From assembly GCA_951406725.2 (NCBI GenBank), contig OX597819.1, positions 2,976,001-3,040,000 of the forward strand: 64,000 nucleotides of DNA, given 5' to 3'. Below the pieces are notes generated by a model that saw only the letters and a program-made list of their open reading frames with translations, did no database searches and had not been told where the DNA came from. The DNA is from Octopus vulgaris. Taxonomy: Eukaryota. This document shows, one piece after another, positions 26,444 to 39,239 of this stretch; position 1 is the stretch's first letter; each line of letters begins with the position of its first letter. A program made the translations under genes and the position numbers.

Positions 26444-29360
26444 ATCATCATTATCATCATTTAATGTCTGCTTTTCATGTTGGCATGGGTTGGATGGTTT
26501 GACTGAGGGCTGGCAAGCCAGAAGGCTACACTAGTCTCCAATCTGATCTTGCAATGTTTCTACACCTGGATGCTCTTCCTGACGCCAACCACTCTGAGAG
26601 TGTAGTGGCTGCTTTTTATGTGTCACCAGCACAGGAGCCAGTCAGATGTTACTGGCATTGGCGATGCTTGAATGGTGCTTTTTACATGCCACCAGCACTG
26701 GAGCCAGTCAGGCGGTACTGGTAATAACCACACATGAATGGTGCTTTTTACATGCCACCAGCATGGGACCAGTCAGGCGGTACAGTCATCGACCATGCTT
26801 GAATGGTGCTTTTTACATGCCAATCAGGTGGTATTGTCATCACTTCACTTGCCTCAACAGGTCTTCGCAAGCGCAGTTTATTGCCCAATGATTGAAGGGT
26901 ACTCTTAAATGAGCTTGTTATGCTACACTGGCATAGGCCATGGTTATGATCTCATTTGGCTTGCCAGGTCTTCTCAAGCACAGCATATTTCCAAAGGTCT
27001 CAGTCACTTGTCATTGCCTTGGTGAGGCTCAGTGTTTGAAGGTCATGCTTCAACACCTCATCCCAGGTCTTCCTGGGTCTACCTCTTCCACAAGTTCCTT
27101 CTACTGCTAGGGTTTGATGCTTTTTCAACAGCTGTCCTCATCCATACGCATACCAGCGCAGTTGTCTCTCTTGCACACCACATCTGATGCTTATGTCCAA
27201 CTTTTCTCTCAAGGTGCTTACACTCTGTCATGTATGCGCACTGACATTACACATCCAGCTGAGCATACTAGCTTCATTCCTTGCAAGCTTACGCATGTCC
27301 TCAGCAGTCATGGCCCATGTTTCATTGTCATATAGCATGGCTGTTCACACATATGCGTCATAGTCTACCTTTTACTCCTAGTGAGAGGCCCTTTGTCACC
27401 AGCAGAAAGAGGAGCTCTCTGGACTTTGCCCAGGCTATTCTTATTCTAGCAACTATGCTCTCAGAACAGCCATCCCTGCTACTGACTTGGTCACCTAGGT
27501 AATGGAAGCTATCAACTACTTCTAGTTTTTCCCCTGGAATATGACGGAAGTTGTTTTCTGCACATTTTCAGTGTTTACTGCCCCTGAGAATTTGTCACAC
27601 ACAAAAACTATCTTCTCAGTTAGCCCTCCTTTGATATTGGTGCACCTCTTATGTGTCCATAGCTTACACCGGGTACATCTTGTGGAGTTTCTACCTACCC
27701 CTTTTCTACAGATCAAGCAGGGCCATCAACTTGAAGGGATTTGTGGTTTGTCTGCCTTCCTACTTATTAAAACTTTGATCTTTGCTAGATTGACTCTTAA
27801 GCCCTTTGATTCTAGACCTTGCTTCCACACCTGAAACTTCTCCTCTAGTTCTGGTAGTGACTCAGCTATTAGAGCAAGGTCATCAGCATAGAGAAACTCC
27901 CAGGGGCATGCTGTCTTGAATTCCTCTAGAGGACTATGATGAATAAGAGGGGGCTGAAGACTGATCTTTGGACCCCTACCTGGAATTCTTCACTGTACTC
28001 GTTGCCAACCCTCACCTTGCTGACAGCATCCCTGTATATGGCTTGTACAGCTCTCACTAACCACTCATCTATCCCTAGTTTCCGCATTGACCACTATATA
28101 AGGGATTGGGGGACCCTGTAAAAGGCGTTCTACATGTCAATGAAAGCCAGGTACAGAGGTTTCTCCTGCAGCTGTCTTACCAAAAATATAGCACCAGTGG
28201 TGCTTTTCCCTGACACAAAGCCAAACTGCATCTCGTCCAGACTGACTCCCTCCCTAATTAGTTGGGCTATGACCCTCTCTGTGACTTTCATTACCTGATC
28301 TAACAACTTGATACCTTTGTAATTATTTGTATCTAATGCATCACCTTTGTAGCAGTTGACTATGGTGCTGCTACACCAGTCATTGGGTATGACTCCTTCA
28401 TGTATCACCTTATTGACTATACAGGTGACTAGTCTATAATCTAGTCACCCATATAGTCAATGATGAGCTGGGGACTTTCCCTGTCTTTACACCCTTAATT
28501 GCTTTATCTACCAAGGTACTGTCAATTCGGATAGCTGGTCCCTCTGTTGGGTTGAGATTCAGTAGACTCTCGCCCATTCATTCTCTTCATTTAGCAACCT
28601 TTCATAGTGGCGTCACCAAGTCTCTCCTTGAAGCCTCATTAAATGCAAGTGATTCATCATCCATGTGGACACATTTCTCTCCTATGACATCACGATTCTC
28701 TCTCACACACTGTCTTGCAACACGAAACACTTCATGTCTTTGTCCTCACGACCCAGAACATTAGCAAATTTTTTCTTATCTGCTTCCCCTCTGGCTAAAT
28801 AAACCTGTCTTCTAGCTTCCCTTCTGGCAATCTGATACAATTCCCTGCTACCACCGTTCTTCTAGTCCTTCCATTGCCTGTTTCTTTTTCCCTAATAGTC
28901 CTGTCAACTACTTTGCTCTACCACCATGTTACCTTGGGTCAAAATGGGACATTGCATTATCTGTAGATCTGGTCAGTAGCCCTCAACAGGTTGTCTCATA
29001 GAAACCTCCAGTTGTCTTCCACATCATGTTATATCCCCCTCTATTTTGTCAAAAGCTTTGAATAATATGTCTCTAAATCTCTGTCCATTCGCAGGATCTT
29101 TAAGCTTCCAGACCCTTCTTCCTCATGTTGGCTGTCTTCTGGGCATCCATTTAGCCCTGATCCTGAAGTCGCTAACTACTTATCTATGTTGTGGGGTGCA
29201 TTCTTCACCTGGGAAGGTTTTGGCATTTATAAGTAGCCATCTTTCCCGTTTCTTGGTGAGGATGTAATCAATTTGACTAGTGTGTCCACCAGATCGGTAG
29301 GTGAACAGGTGATTGGCATGTTTTCTTAAGTTAGTATTACAAACCATAAGATCATTTGCA
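26444..29360 (-). mobile_element. RTE-clade LINE inserted antisense into the preceding LINE
   Basis: Minus strand encodes IPNDWCSSTIVNCYKG...QFGF...STTGAIFLVRQLQEK, LYADDL and CTRCKLWTHKRC. 3'UTR and (GAT)n tail at the 26444 end. Confidence 0.85.
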
Positions 29361-31702
29361 TCTCTTATTCATTAGTCCTTCAGGCTATAACAGGATTTTA
29401 AAACTGGTTGTCTATGGGAAGTCCTATATACTGATGGTATAGTTGTCATCGCTGAATCTATTGAGGAAATTCCAGATATGGAAAGCTAAACTTAGAATCT
29501 AAAAGTCTAGATGGTCGAACTTGGGCCTTGAGAATTTGAGAAAACTAGAAATAAATGAACAAGCATGCTGTATTGAATATGCAATGTAAGTGTGCATGGA
29601 AGACATTAGTACAATGTGCTGAGAGAGAAATTGGGTATAAGAAGAATCTGATGTAGTATGCAAGAGAGAAGATTGTGTTGGTATAGACATTTGATGTGTA
29701 CATATGAAGATAACTGTATCTAGAAGTGATGATCACTTAATATGGACTGACCTTGCAGATGAAGGGAAAGCCAGGAAGACATGGAAATATTTGCTCAGAA
29801 TTGCTGATGATCATGTCACTTTTAAGGGCCACTTAGTTTGGTGTATCACATAAAAGTATTCACACTGCTTATTTTAAATGTATACCAAACCAGGTATTAC
29901 TGCCTTCTGTTACCTGGTTTATCATCTGTGTGATATTACTTGATTCATATAATCTATACCACTCCACTCATGTAGCTTTTGTAATTGATATTTGCAAACA
30001 GTTTGCCCTTTTCATCACTATGTGGTTGAGCAGAAATAGATTGAAAATGTATTTGCTTGTCTCTATGTGAAGTTGTGAGAGATTTCATTTCTGTCATAGG
30101 ATTGTAAGAACAGTAATAAACGAGTGAAGAACAAATATATAGTGTGTGTGTTTATTTGGAAAAAAAAATGACCATCCTGAAATACAAAATCTATTTCAAC
30201 ACACGGTTTCACATCAGGAATCTTGCAGCATAAACGTTTTTAATTTTTCTTTTTTTTAAAATTTTATACATTGTCTTTTACATGTTTGATTTTTACCTAT
30301 TGTAAAAATTCTATATATTGTCACAGCTCTAAGTTTATTGTGGAACTGACTGAACTGAAATACTGCTTAAAAAATAACACATGGCTTTAGTTATGCTATG
30401 GCAGTGATAATTTCCAGACTAATCACACCCCAAGCCATGCTAACTGACATCACTGTCTTTTTTCTCTTATTATAAAAGTTAAAACCATAACAGTTCCACT
30501 ACTCATTTCACAAATTTTTCACACCATCACACTCTATTTTGTGGGTTTGTCTGGTATATATTTCTGGAAATATGTCTGACCTTTATATCCTTCCATCTCT
30601 TTGTTAATGATCAGTTTTTCTCCTGCTTGGTAATATAGCTTAAATGCCCTTTGTTCAATGTTAAGGAGGGGTCTTATTGTATAAAGGACTTATGTTTTTC
30701 CTCATTTACTGATATATTTCTGGTGTTATGTACATTTGAATTCTGAGGTGATGAAATATTGGTGTTTCCAAAGGGTTCATTTGTGCTTCAGTAACTGGTA
30801 ATCCTGTTCAGGTTCCAAATGTTCTTTATTATATTTGCTGCATTTTGCCAATAAAATTTTGTCTAGGCATATATGAGATTTGAGTTACTATTTTCATGTT
30901 TTCTGTAATGACCTCTGTGTCCTGGATGAAACATTAAGCTGCATCTGGTGGTGAGGCTTCTGCTCAGGAGTTCAGGAGTGTATGGAATTAACCCTTGGTC
31001 ACTACTATTCTCAAAACTGCTCTGGCCTGAGTGGCAGTGCCTGTTAAGGGCCCCAACTGTAAATTAAATAGCAAATGAATGATCTTGTTAAGATATACAG
31101 GACTCAGAAGAGTATTGGTCCCTAGATGTGTCATACGGACCCACTAGTGAGTGGACATGCCCTTATATGAACCAGTCTCTCTGCTGAAATGTTAAATAGG
31201 CCCTGTGCCTCATAACTAATCTTGAGAGCAGGGGACTAGTAGAGTAAACTGTTAATAAGCCAGCAGACGGTAGTAGGAAATCACTGCTGTATCTAACCTG
31301 AGCAAAATCACGAATCTCCAGACTTTGGTATGGAAATCCATAATTGCTGGCATCTGCAGACATGACACATATAAAGAGAAGAGTAACAATTTGTATCCAA
31401 TTACTGATTTAACATGTTGCAGAATCACCAAAACTGTTTCCATTGCAATAGTAAATAATGTTTACCAGAAATGTGCTGTGTTTTCAAATATGAATATTTG
31501 TGAGGCCAAAACAAGGAAACTGAGGTTACAATATTTAGAACATGTTACTCGGTTGAATCCTGGAATAAAGCTAACTTTGCCTGTATTGCAACTGAAGAGA
31601 ATAATAAATTCTTCAATCAACTGAAGTCAGTTGCACTTAAAATATTATCATTATAGCAAAATTATGTTTTGGGTAATGAAGAAGTTTGGAATAAGGTGTA
31701 TA

Positions 31703-31759
<57 letters not shown>

Positions 31760-32029
31760 GTTCCAAAAATGTCGCTCTTCTGTCAAACTTATCAAAAACA
31801 GCTAGATATAATGGAAATGGATTCAAATGCAAACACAGAAGTGTAAAGAATAGTATTTTATGTATACTCTTTTACATTGTATATAAAAAATGAAAAAAAA
31901 CTCAACAAAATATACTTTTGAGATATTCATAACTGTGTCATTCTTCTTATAAATATTGGTCAATGGACAGTTATGCTCTCTGATGTTTTTAAGAAACAAA
32001 TTTACTTTTTGTTTTGTGCTATATTTCAG

Positions 32030-32070
32030 CTTATGCTTTTGTTGACTACGAAGACCGCCGAGACGCCGAG
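32030..32070 (+). CDS. SR splicing factor, coding exon 3 (RNP1)
   Basis: atatttcag|CTTATGCTTTTGTTGACTACGAAGACCGCCGAGACGCCGAG|gtatgt encodes (A)YAFVDYEDRRDAE. Phase 1 in, phase 0 out. Confidence 0.93.
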
Positions 32071-33206
32071 GTATGTTTTCTGGGAATGTCTTACTGAATA
32101 ATATTTATGTTTTACTTGTAAAACTGTTTTGAAGGTTTTTTTTTTAACGTAATGTTTTTAATGTAATATTAATTACATTCTATTTAATAATACTTTAATC
32201 TTTTAAATGAAGTAAAGAAAAGTAATAGAAAAAAAATGACCCAAAATTATTAAAGATTTTGGATTGTGGTTATGTAAATAAGTTCTTTCTTTATATCAAA
32301 TATTAATTGACTCCTGAGATTTTTGTTTTAGTTTGAAAACATTTCAATAACGGCTACTTGCTCAACGAAAACGGCAACACCAATGTCCATGACCTGCCTA
32401 GAAGGGTTAGTTTAAAGCTTATTGCAATTTTGACACCGTAGGTTCATTTTTTTTTTTTTATTGCATCTGAAAAAAAAATTGCTATAAATATTCAAAACCT
32501 TAAAATATTCAAGAAAATAAATCTGTTTTGTGTCAGTTTGAAATGTAACTTCTTAAGAACTGTTATAATTTAATAGTCTCTGAATTATGTAGACATTTTT
32601 TTTATAGAATAAGATCAGATAGATTATGGTACTTTTTATCAAAAAAATATTTATATTTAGCTTTATTCACACAGTTTGATATAATAACATATTTTATTAT
32701 TATAATATAGTTCTTCTACTGGTTGCTCTTTTGTGGATAGAGCCAGATAAAAATCAATTGATTTAAGAAATGTTTAGAGAATAAGGGATCAGTATGTAGT
32801 TTTTGTGTTATCTTATGTAGTGTTTAGTGTTTTCTATCTTATTTCTATTATGTTTGAAGAAATCCGCATATATTCTTCCACTCTCCAAGGGAATGATTAG
32901 GCATCAATGTAAGGGCATGGACACCTGTCTAATGTAGCTGCAGTTTTCATTGAGTTGGCAAATTCCATGGAGGTAGGTAAATTTATAGTCTACTTCAGTG
33001 GTGTTTTTCACTCTCAGAAATGACAACTAAAGTAGTGAAAAGCTTGAGAACTAATTTGTGAAATTCTTTCTTCAGCAAATATTAACTGTATGTGAGGAAG
33101 CACTTCAGATCTGAAATTTCAGTACTCTGTTTCAGCAAACCTATTTGTTGCCACACACACACATGCACACGCACACACATGCACACACACACACATGCAC
33201 ACACAC

Positions 33207-33280
<74 letters not shown>

Positions 33281-36200
33281 TTACAAGCATACATTCTTTC
33301 TCTCAATGTAGTGGTGTATAGTTTTTCTGATATGCAACTAATGTAACTATGGCTAAAATTTCTTCATAAAACTGAGAATGATTTATTATTGCAGTCCATT
33401 TTAATTTTGGTAGTTTATATATTCACTAACAAAGAAAATTCTCCCATATTGGTGGGTGTGATTCTTTTGTGTGTGTGAACCAAGCATTAAAACTCATCCT
33501 TTGATAAGAATTTGGTGTATCCCATTAGTGCTGTAGGCTTTATTAGTCAATTATATGAATATTGCTGGATGTGTGAAGCTCAAGTATACAGTTCATTTAC
33601 ATTTTAAATAACATTTACCAATGTAATTGACTCAATCAAACAGTGAATTACAGTGTTATTCAGCAATATTTCTAAGAGTTTCTAAGTGATATTGGTATAT
33701 TTGTTTCATGAAATATCTGACTTTTTGAGGTTATGATTATTGTAATGAACATGAATACAGTCTCCAAATTCTGTTTTAGATGATTTAACAAATCATCTTT
33801 CCAAATTCGAGAAGTTGTGTGTATGTGTATTGTGTTGTAAAATACATACACACTACGTATGAACCAAACATGTTTAATTATATGGAATTCATGCATTTGT
33901 ATACAGAGTCTATATAAATTTAGAAATATATAATAAAGATAATGAAACATTTTTACATAAATGTGTGTTCTTCAAAATTCTCTGATATTTATGAATATTA
34001 CCTTCATAATATAAGCTTGATGCATGATTTACAGAGAATGATAGCATTTTAATAGGAATTTCCACTGTAACTAAAGTACAATTCACATTGTTTTGAAAAT
34101 TTGTGAATTTGGTCCTCACCTAGTTTTCTTATTGCAGGTGCTTATAGTGCTCTTGTCAAATTTATTTCTGTGTATATAATTATTGGGAAGGTATGTGTGA
34201 GAGAAAGAGAGTGGGTAAGATTAAATTGATGTGATAAAGGATCTGATGTTTGCAGAGCGACAGTCCCCCTATTCTGCCTCATTTATGCATGTTCAAGAAC
34301 TCTAAATGTTATAGTGACAAATGTTAAATAGATATGTCTGGTTTAACCATATAAGCATTGAAAAAAACATGTTGAAATGAATGTATTTCTTCATGGGTTA
34401 CCAGTATGGTACTTATTTCTCATCTGTTCAAATCTCCCACTAAATAGGATGCCAGTTTATTGCAGGTAACTTTTCCTGCAAGTCAATGAATCACTTGTTC
34501 ATTTTTCAATGGAGCTGCTTCTTGTAGTGGTGAAGTACACAACTCTTCAGGACCTCTTTAGAGCTAGGTGTGCTCTGACATTGTGAGTTGAAATGCATTG
34601 ACCATGGAAACAACACAGTACCAGTAACATATAAAGCACCAGCCTCTTGCTTGGTTGTTTTGTATTTAGTAAACTTGGTCATAGATGTTTTCAAAACGAT
34701 TATATATATATATGTTTATATATATGTTTGGTGGAGAAATTTCATAAACCTATGTTGAAGATCAGATCCAATGTCTTCCTTTCTGGCTCTAATGGATATC
34801 GTAACTGATCAACCAAAAGTTTGGTTGTGTTGCCAACAATGCATCTAGCTTGTCATATATCACATGACCAGAACCTATCTACCAGGTCTTTCTATATCTC
34901 TGCTTCACATCCATTTAATATTGCTAGAGTCTGTGTGGATGTCTACATGAAATTACTGTGGATTTAATTTTTATAGTTACCTACAAATGCACATGCAAAT
35001 ACATATACATATAAATATATGTGAATGATTATCTGTGAAGATCTAAATCTTGTACAATATTTACTGAAAAATCTGATATTATCCACTTTTTAGTCAGAGG
35101 ATTTTGTAGATTATAATTTTGAAACCATTGATACCCAAATAAATATGGAAATTTTGAAAAGAAAAATGGAAATAAAAAATTTGTCTTTTAAGATTTAATT
35201 AAAAAAAAAAAAATTCAAAATGTGTCCTTGAAATAAAATTTTTGTAATAAATCTGTTTATTTACTATTTATTGAGGAAAAAAAAAATTATCCTATGTTAT
35301 TTCTCTAAGTATAGAAGTTAAATATTTCTACTTGCACAGACAAACCACCTGACTTGCTTTTCAGTCTGCCTCTGCAACTTCATAGCTGAATTGTTGGTTT
35401 CCAAAATCAGTTTTTAAAAATCTGCTTAAGAATAATTTAGAATATAACGTACTTACAGAGAACATTTTACATGAAACTATCAATGTAAAATGGAAGACAA
35501 AATTGTTCTTTTGCTAAGAAAATGATTAGCCAGAAAGATTTCTCATATTTATGTGAAACAGCTTAAACTGGAAACAAATTAATGGAATTTAACTTTTAAT
35601 CTTTAAGTAAAAGTCCTTGTGGAAAATTGACAATGATATAATTATAAAAACCAATTATAGTAATGCTAATTTGGTGTGGAGTTTTTAAGAAGAAACTATA
35701 GCAGCTGGGTGTTTAACTCTGTGCATTGAAAGGAGTTTAGTATTTTATTAAAGGAAGCATTATGGTTATTTACAATAATGTTTAATGGCAAAATTTTAGA
35801 TATTAAACCCTACCTTTACACTCCTATATGTAATTTTGGATCTTAATATTAGAATATTACACTATTTTCCCCAATTGTCTGATTTTATATCAGACAAGTT
35901 TTCATTTGCTTGGGTCAGAAATTGTACAAAAATAGTAAATAATTATTTACAAGCTATTAATGATTACTCTCCATTTATTGAAAGTTCTATGGAATTTATA
36001 TTGCATACCTGTTAAAGATCTATTCATTTATTAGAAGTAGATAATTACAGTAACTACTGGTTAATTATAGGCCAACTCTCTGGTCTGAGACTAACCTCCT
36101 CTTGCAAATCTCATATGCCCTGAAAAGGGTCATGGGTGCTACCTTTCACCTCTGACTTAATTATAGTATAATCTTTATTCTCTCACACACTATTTCTGTT

Positions 36201-37379
36201 AGATAGTGTTGTGAAACAGGGTCTATTGTGTAGTCTGGATGGCATTTAGCAAGGTAATTAGGGCACATAAATCTGAAGTTTCTGCTTTTTCATTTTACCT
36301 GCCAACTCCAGAGGGAAGGTAGTTTGGTTCAAGTTTAAGGAACTTTTCAAAGTTAAAGAAAAAGACAACCCAAAACAAAGCAAAAAAGAAAGCATTAAAT
36401 GTGAGATGCAACTTCTATTTGTAAACTAAATGGTGGAGAATGGTAACCAGCCAACTTGATATTCTCTGGGTTAATTTTGATATAGTTTCACTTATGAAAA
36501 ACTAAAGTTGTACTTCAGCTTTTAATAATTTGTAGATATTGTTTTCATTTGTGTAATAATTTCACAAATTCATTTCAATTTAATAAATACTGTAGACAGA
36601 TTTAGCCACTAACCCAAATTATGTTCTTGTAGGACTATTTTAATGAAATATTTTTTATTTTCAGGTGTAAAAATTTTAGAATGATTTTCTTGAAAGAAAG
36701 CCATCTCTAATTTCTTGTTCCATTGTTGTACTATGCTTCTTAGGTTTGACTACCTTTTTACAAGATAGTTGTTTACTTATTAATATAGTATTAAAAAGTA
36801 TTAAAATTTTTAAAAGAAAAATAATTTTAGATTGTACTCTCTTGAACTATGATATATTAGTAACAGACTGTTACTGCAGTTAAAATGAACTTTATCATTT
36901 GTTTTATGTTTATTTCTTTTTATTTTTATATAATATACATATTTATAAGTTTTTAATGATGATGAAATTATGAATTTAAGTTCAAAACACCCTTTCATAA
37001 ATATCTAAGATAAAAATAATATCTAAGATAAAAATATTGTTAGTTTTCACATTAAACCATTTTTGAAAATTTTCAATCATAATGAGTTCAATTACATTGA
37101 TTTTAATTGCATCTTTAGCATAATGAATTAGTTGAAAGAATATAAGATTAAAGCAATATCTAATAATGACATTTTTAAAAGTAAAAATGTCTTGATTTCC
37201 TTTTTATTTGTTTTTAATAAATTTTTATTAGTAAACTAGTACATTATTTCCTCATTTGTGCCCGCCTCTTCTTACAATTTGATGTTATAAACATATTGTA
37301 ATTCTAGTGACTGTTTTAAGGTTGTTTTTAAAATAGTTTTTGCATGTGCATTTAATACATTTCATTTGTGGTAAACTAG

Positions 37380-37646
37380 CAGACTAGCCAAATGCCGCAG
37401 AAAAGCCTGATCCGGTTTGAGACCGAGCATGATCCGATAGCCAGGCCTGTTTCGCCTTTGGTATTAACCATGTTCCCATGGTCTCCCTTGCCAGTTCCAA
37501 TTCCTGACCATGCTTACCTGACCATTACCATGTGACCATGTCCATTGTGAACATATTCATCTGTCCATGAGGTGGTGGAGCCGCCAATCCCACCGCCCTG
37601 ATCATGGCTTCCAAGCGTCTGTCTGCCATTGGTCCCATGGTTTTCA
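37380..37646 (+). other. candidate poison (PTC-containing) cassette exon of the SR gene
   Basis: GC-elevated island in an AT-rich intron, not repeated elsewhere in the window. In-frame AGs end at 37379, 37382 and 37400; in-frame TGA at 37533-37535; donor TCA|gtatgt at 37647. Confidence 0.6.
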
Positions 37647-38258
37647 GTATGTCATGGCAACTTTGCCACTTTTTGTCATTGTCTTCAATTTCTGCATGTA
37701 ATAATATTACATTCTTGTTTAAATTTAGTATGTACTGTTTTTTAAATGTTCTTAAAAGTAACTTTAATAAATACACACAAGGTAAAAGTTTTGAAATTGT
37801 AATTAAGTGATAGGGAGGCTGCATTTCATAGATATCTGTGCGAGAAAAATTGTATAAATTAATGTGTACACGAGAAATGCTTATTCCTTAAATTCTTATA
37901 ATTGTTAAGAAAAAAATCTGAAATCATTTGATGCTAAATTAGTTTCGACTAATATTACAAAACTCAAAGTCTAGTAGTCATTGTGCTAATCTGTCATATT
38001 TTGGTAGTTGCCGTCATAACCTAAACATCATTTTGCGAGATTCTATTTTTACGATAGATTGACAATCAGTGTTTTTGTTACGTCAAATTCTTGAATTTTA
38101 ATCTGAAATATTGCATATTTTAATTACCTTATATGTTTTGTATTTAAATTTTGATGAAAGGCTATATTGATAATAAAAAAAAAAGTGTTATGAGGTTATG
38201 AGATAATGTAATTTAACAATATTGTAATTAAGTTAGTAAAAAAAAAAGCAAATAAAAT

Positions 38259-38610
38259 GAGCACCCAGAGACTGCAAACCTTCACCAAGGCAACACCACT
38301 ATCCTCTCAAAGATTAGCCAGAGATGATTTTTAAAATGAGAATATCTGAAAATAAACTTGACTGCTCTCACAAATGAGAATACTAAAAATGAACCTGACT
38401 GCTCTAAAAAATTAAGTAAAAAAAACAGGAAAAACAATTCAGAATCCTTGTCTAGTACCGGATCGATCCCCAAATCTTATCAGTTTGTGTTAGTCACAAG
38501 GCCAAACTTCCATGAAAGTTTCATCCAAATCCATCCAGCAGTTCTTGAGATATCTTGTCCACAGACAAACAAGCAAACACAACTAAAAACAATACCTTCA
38601 CCAAGGAAAC
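38259..38610. repeat. unclassified interspersed repeat
   Basis: Similar to 18980-19180. Short direct repeat ACCTTCACCAAGG near both ends. Confidence 0.65.
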
Positions 38611-39239
38611 AGCTATCCTGCTGAATACAGATATCTGTTCTACTTTATTATTTAGAGGCTGGCAATAGGAAGAAAGAATGTCTAGTTGTAGAACAATCCC
38701 ACCAACAATTCATTATGATAGTTCAAGTTTTCAAAATATATTCATCTTCTACTTATTTAGAAAAGTTGATATAAAATTTTGCATGTGTTTATCCACTTTG
38801 CTCATGCAAGGTTTATAAATACTCGAATTTTTGGAGCATCAGTCTCTTCCCTATTATAAGCACAATTTATTCATCTGTGTTAGGCTCAATAGTACAATAC
38901 ATTGCAATCACTATGCTCACCACCTTATCTCAGTCAACCTGCTGTACAAAAAACTGTGTTTTTGTAATCATATACTTTTAGTAATTGATTTACATTACTC
39001 GATAATAGGAGAAAGGTTGCAAAAGAGGCAACCTAAGCAGGCAGCAGTTTAGATGTCTAGGAAAAAATACAAAACTTTTACATGCTGTTGTTGAAAGTCT
39101 TGGTTCTTTGTTTTTATCAAAATGCTGTATAGAACTAAAATCATGATTTATTGTGATAATTGCAATAATTAATCCTGTAAATTTATAATGAAAGTTATGA
39201 AAAAGTGCTTTGGGAAGTTTTTTCAGACTGTGCTAGCAG

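Noticed and set aside
37525-37824. Minus-strand 99-aa ORF over the GC-rich island
   Set aside because: Half of it is AT-rich intron-like sequence, it has no recognisable domain, and the Met richness reflects the CAT motif cluster.
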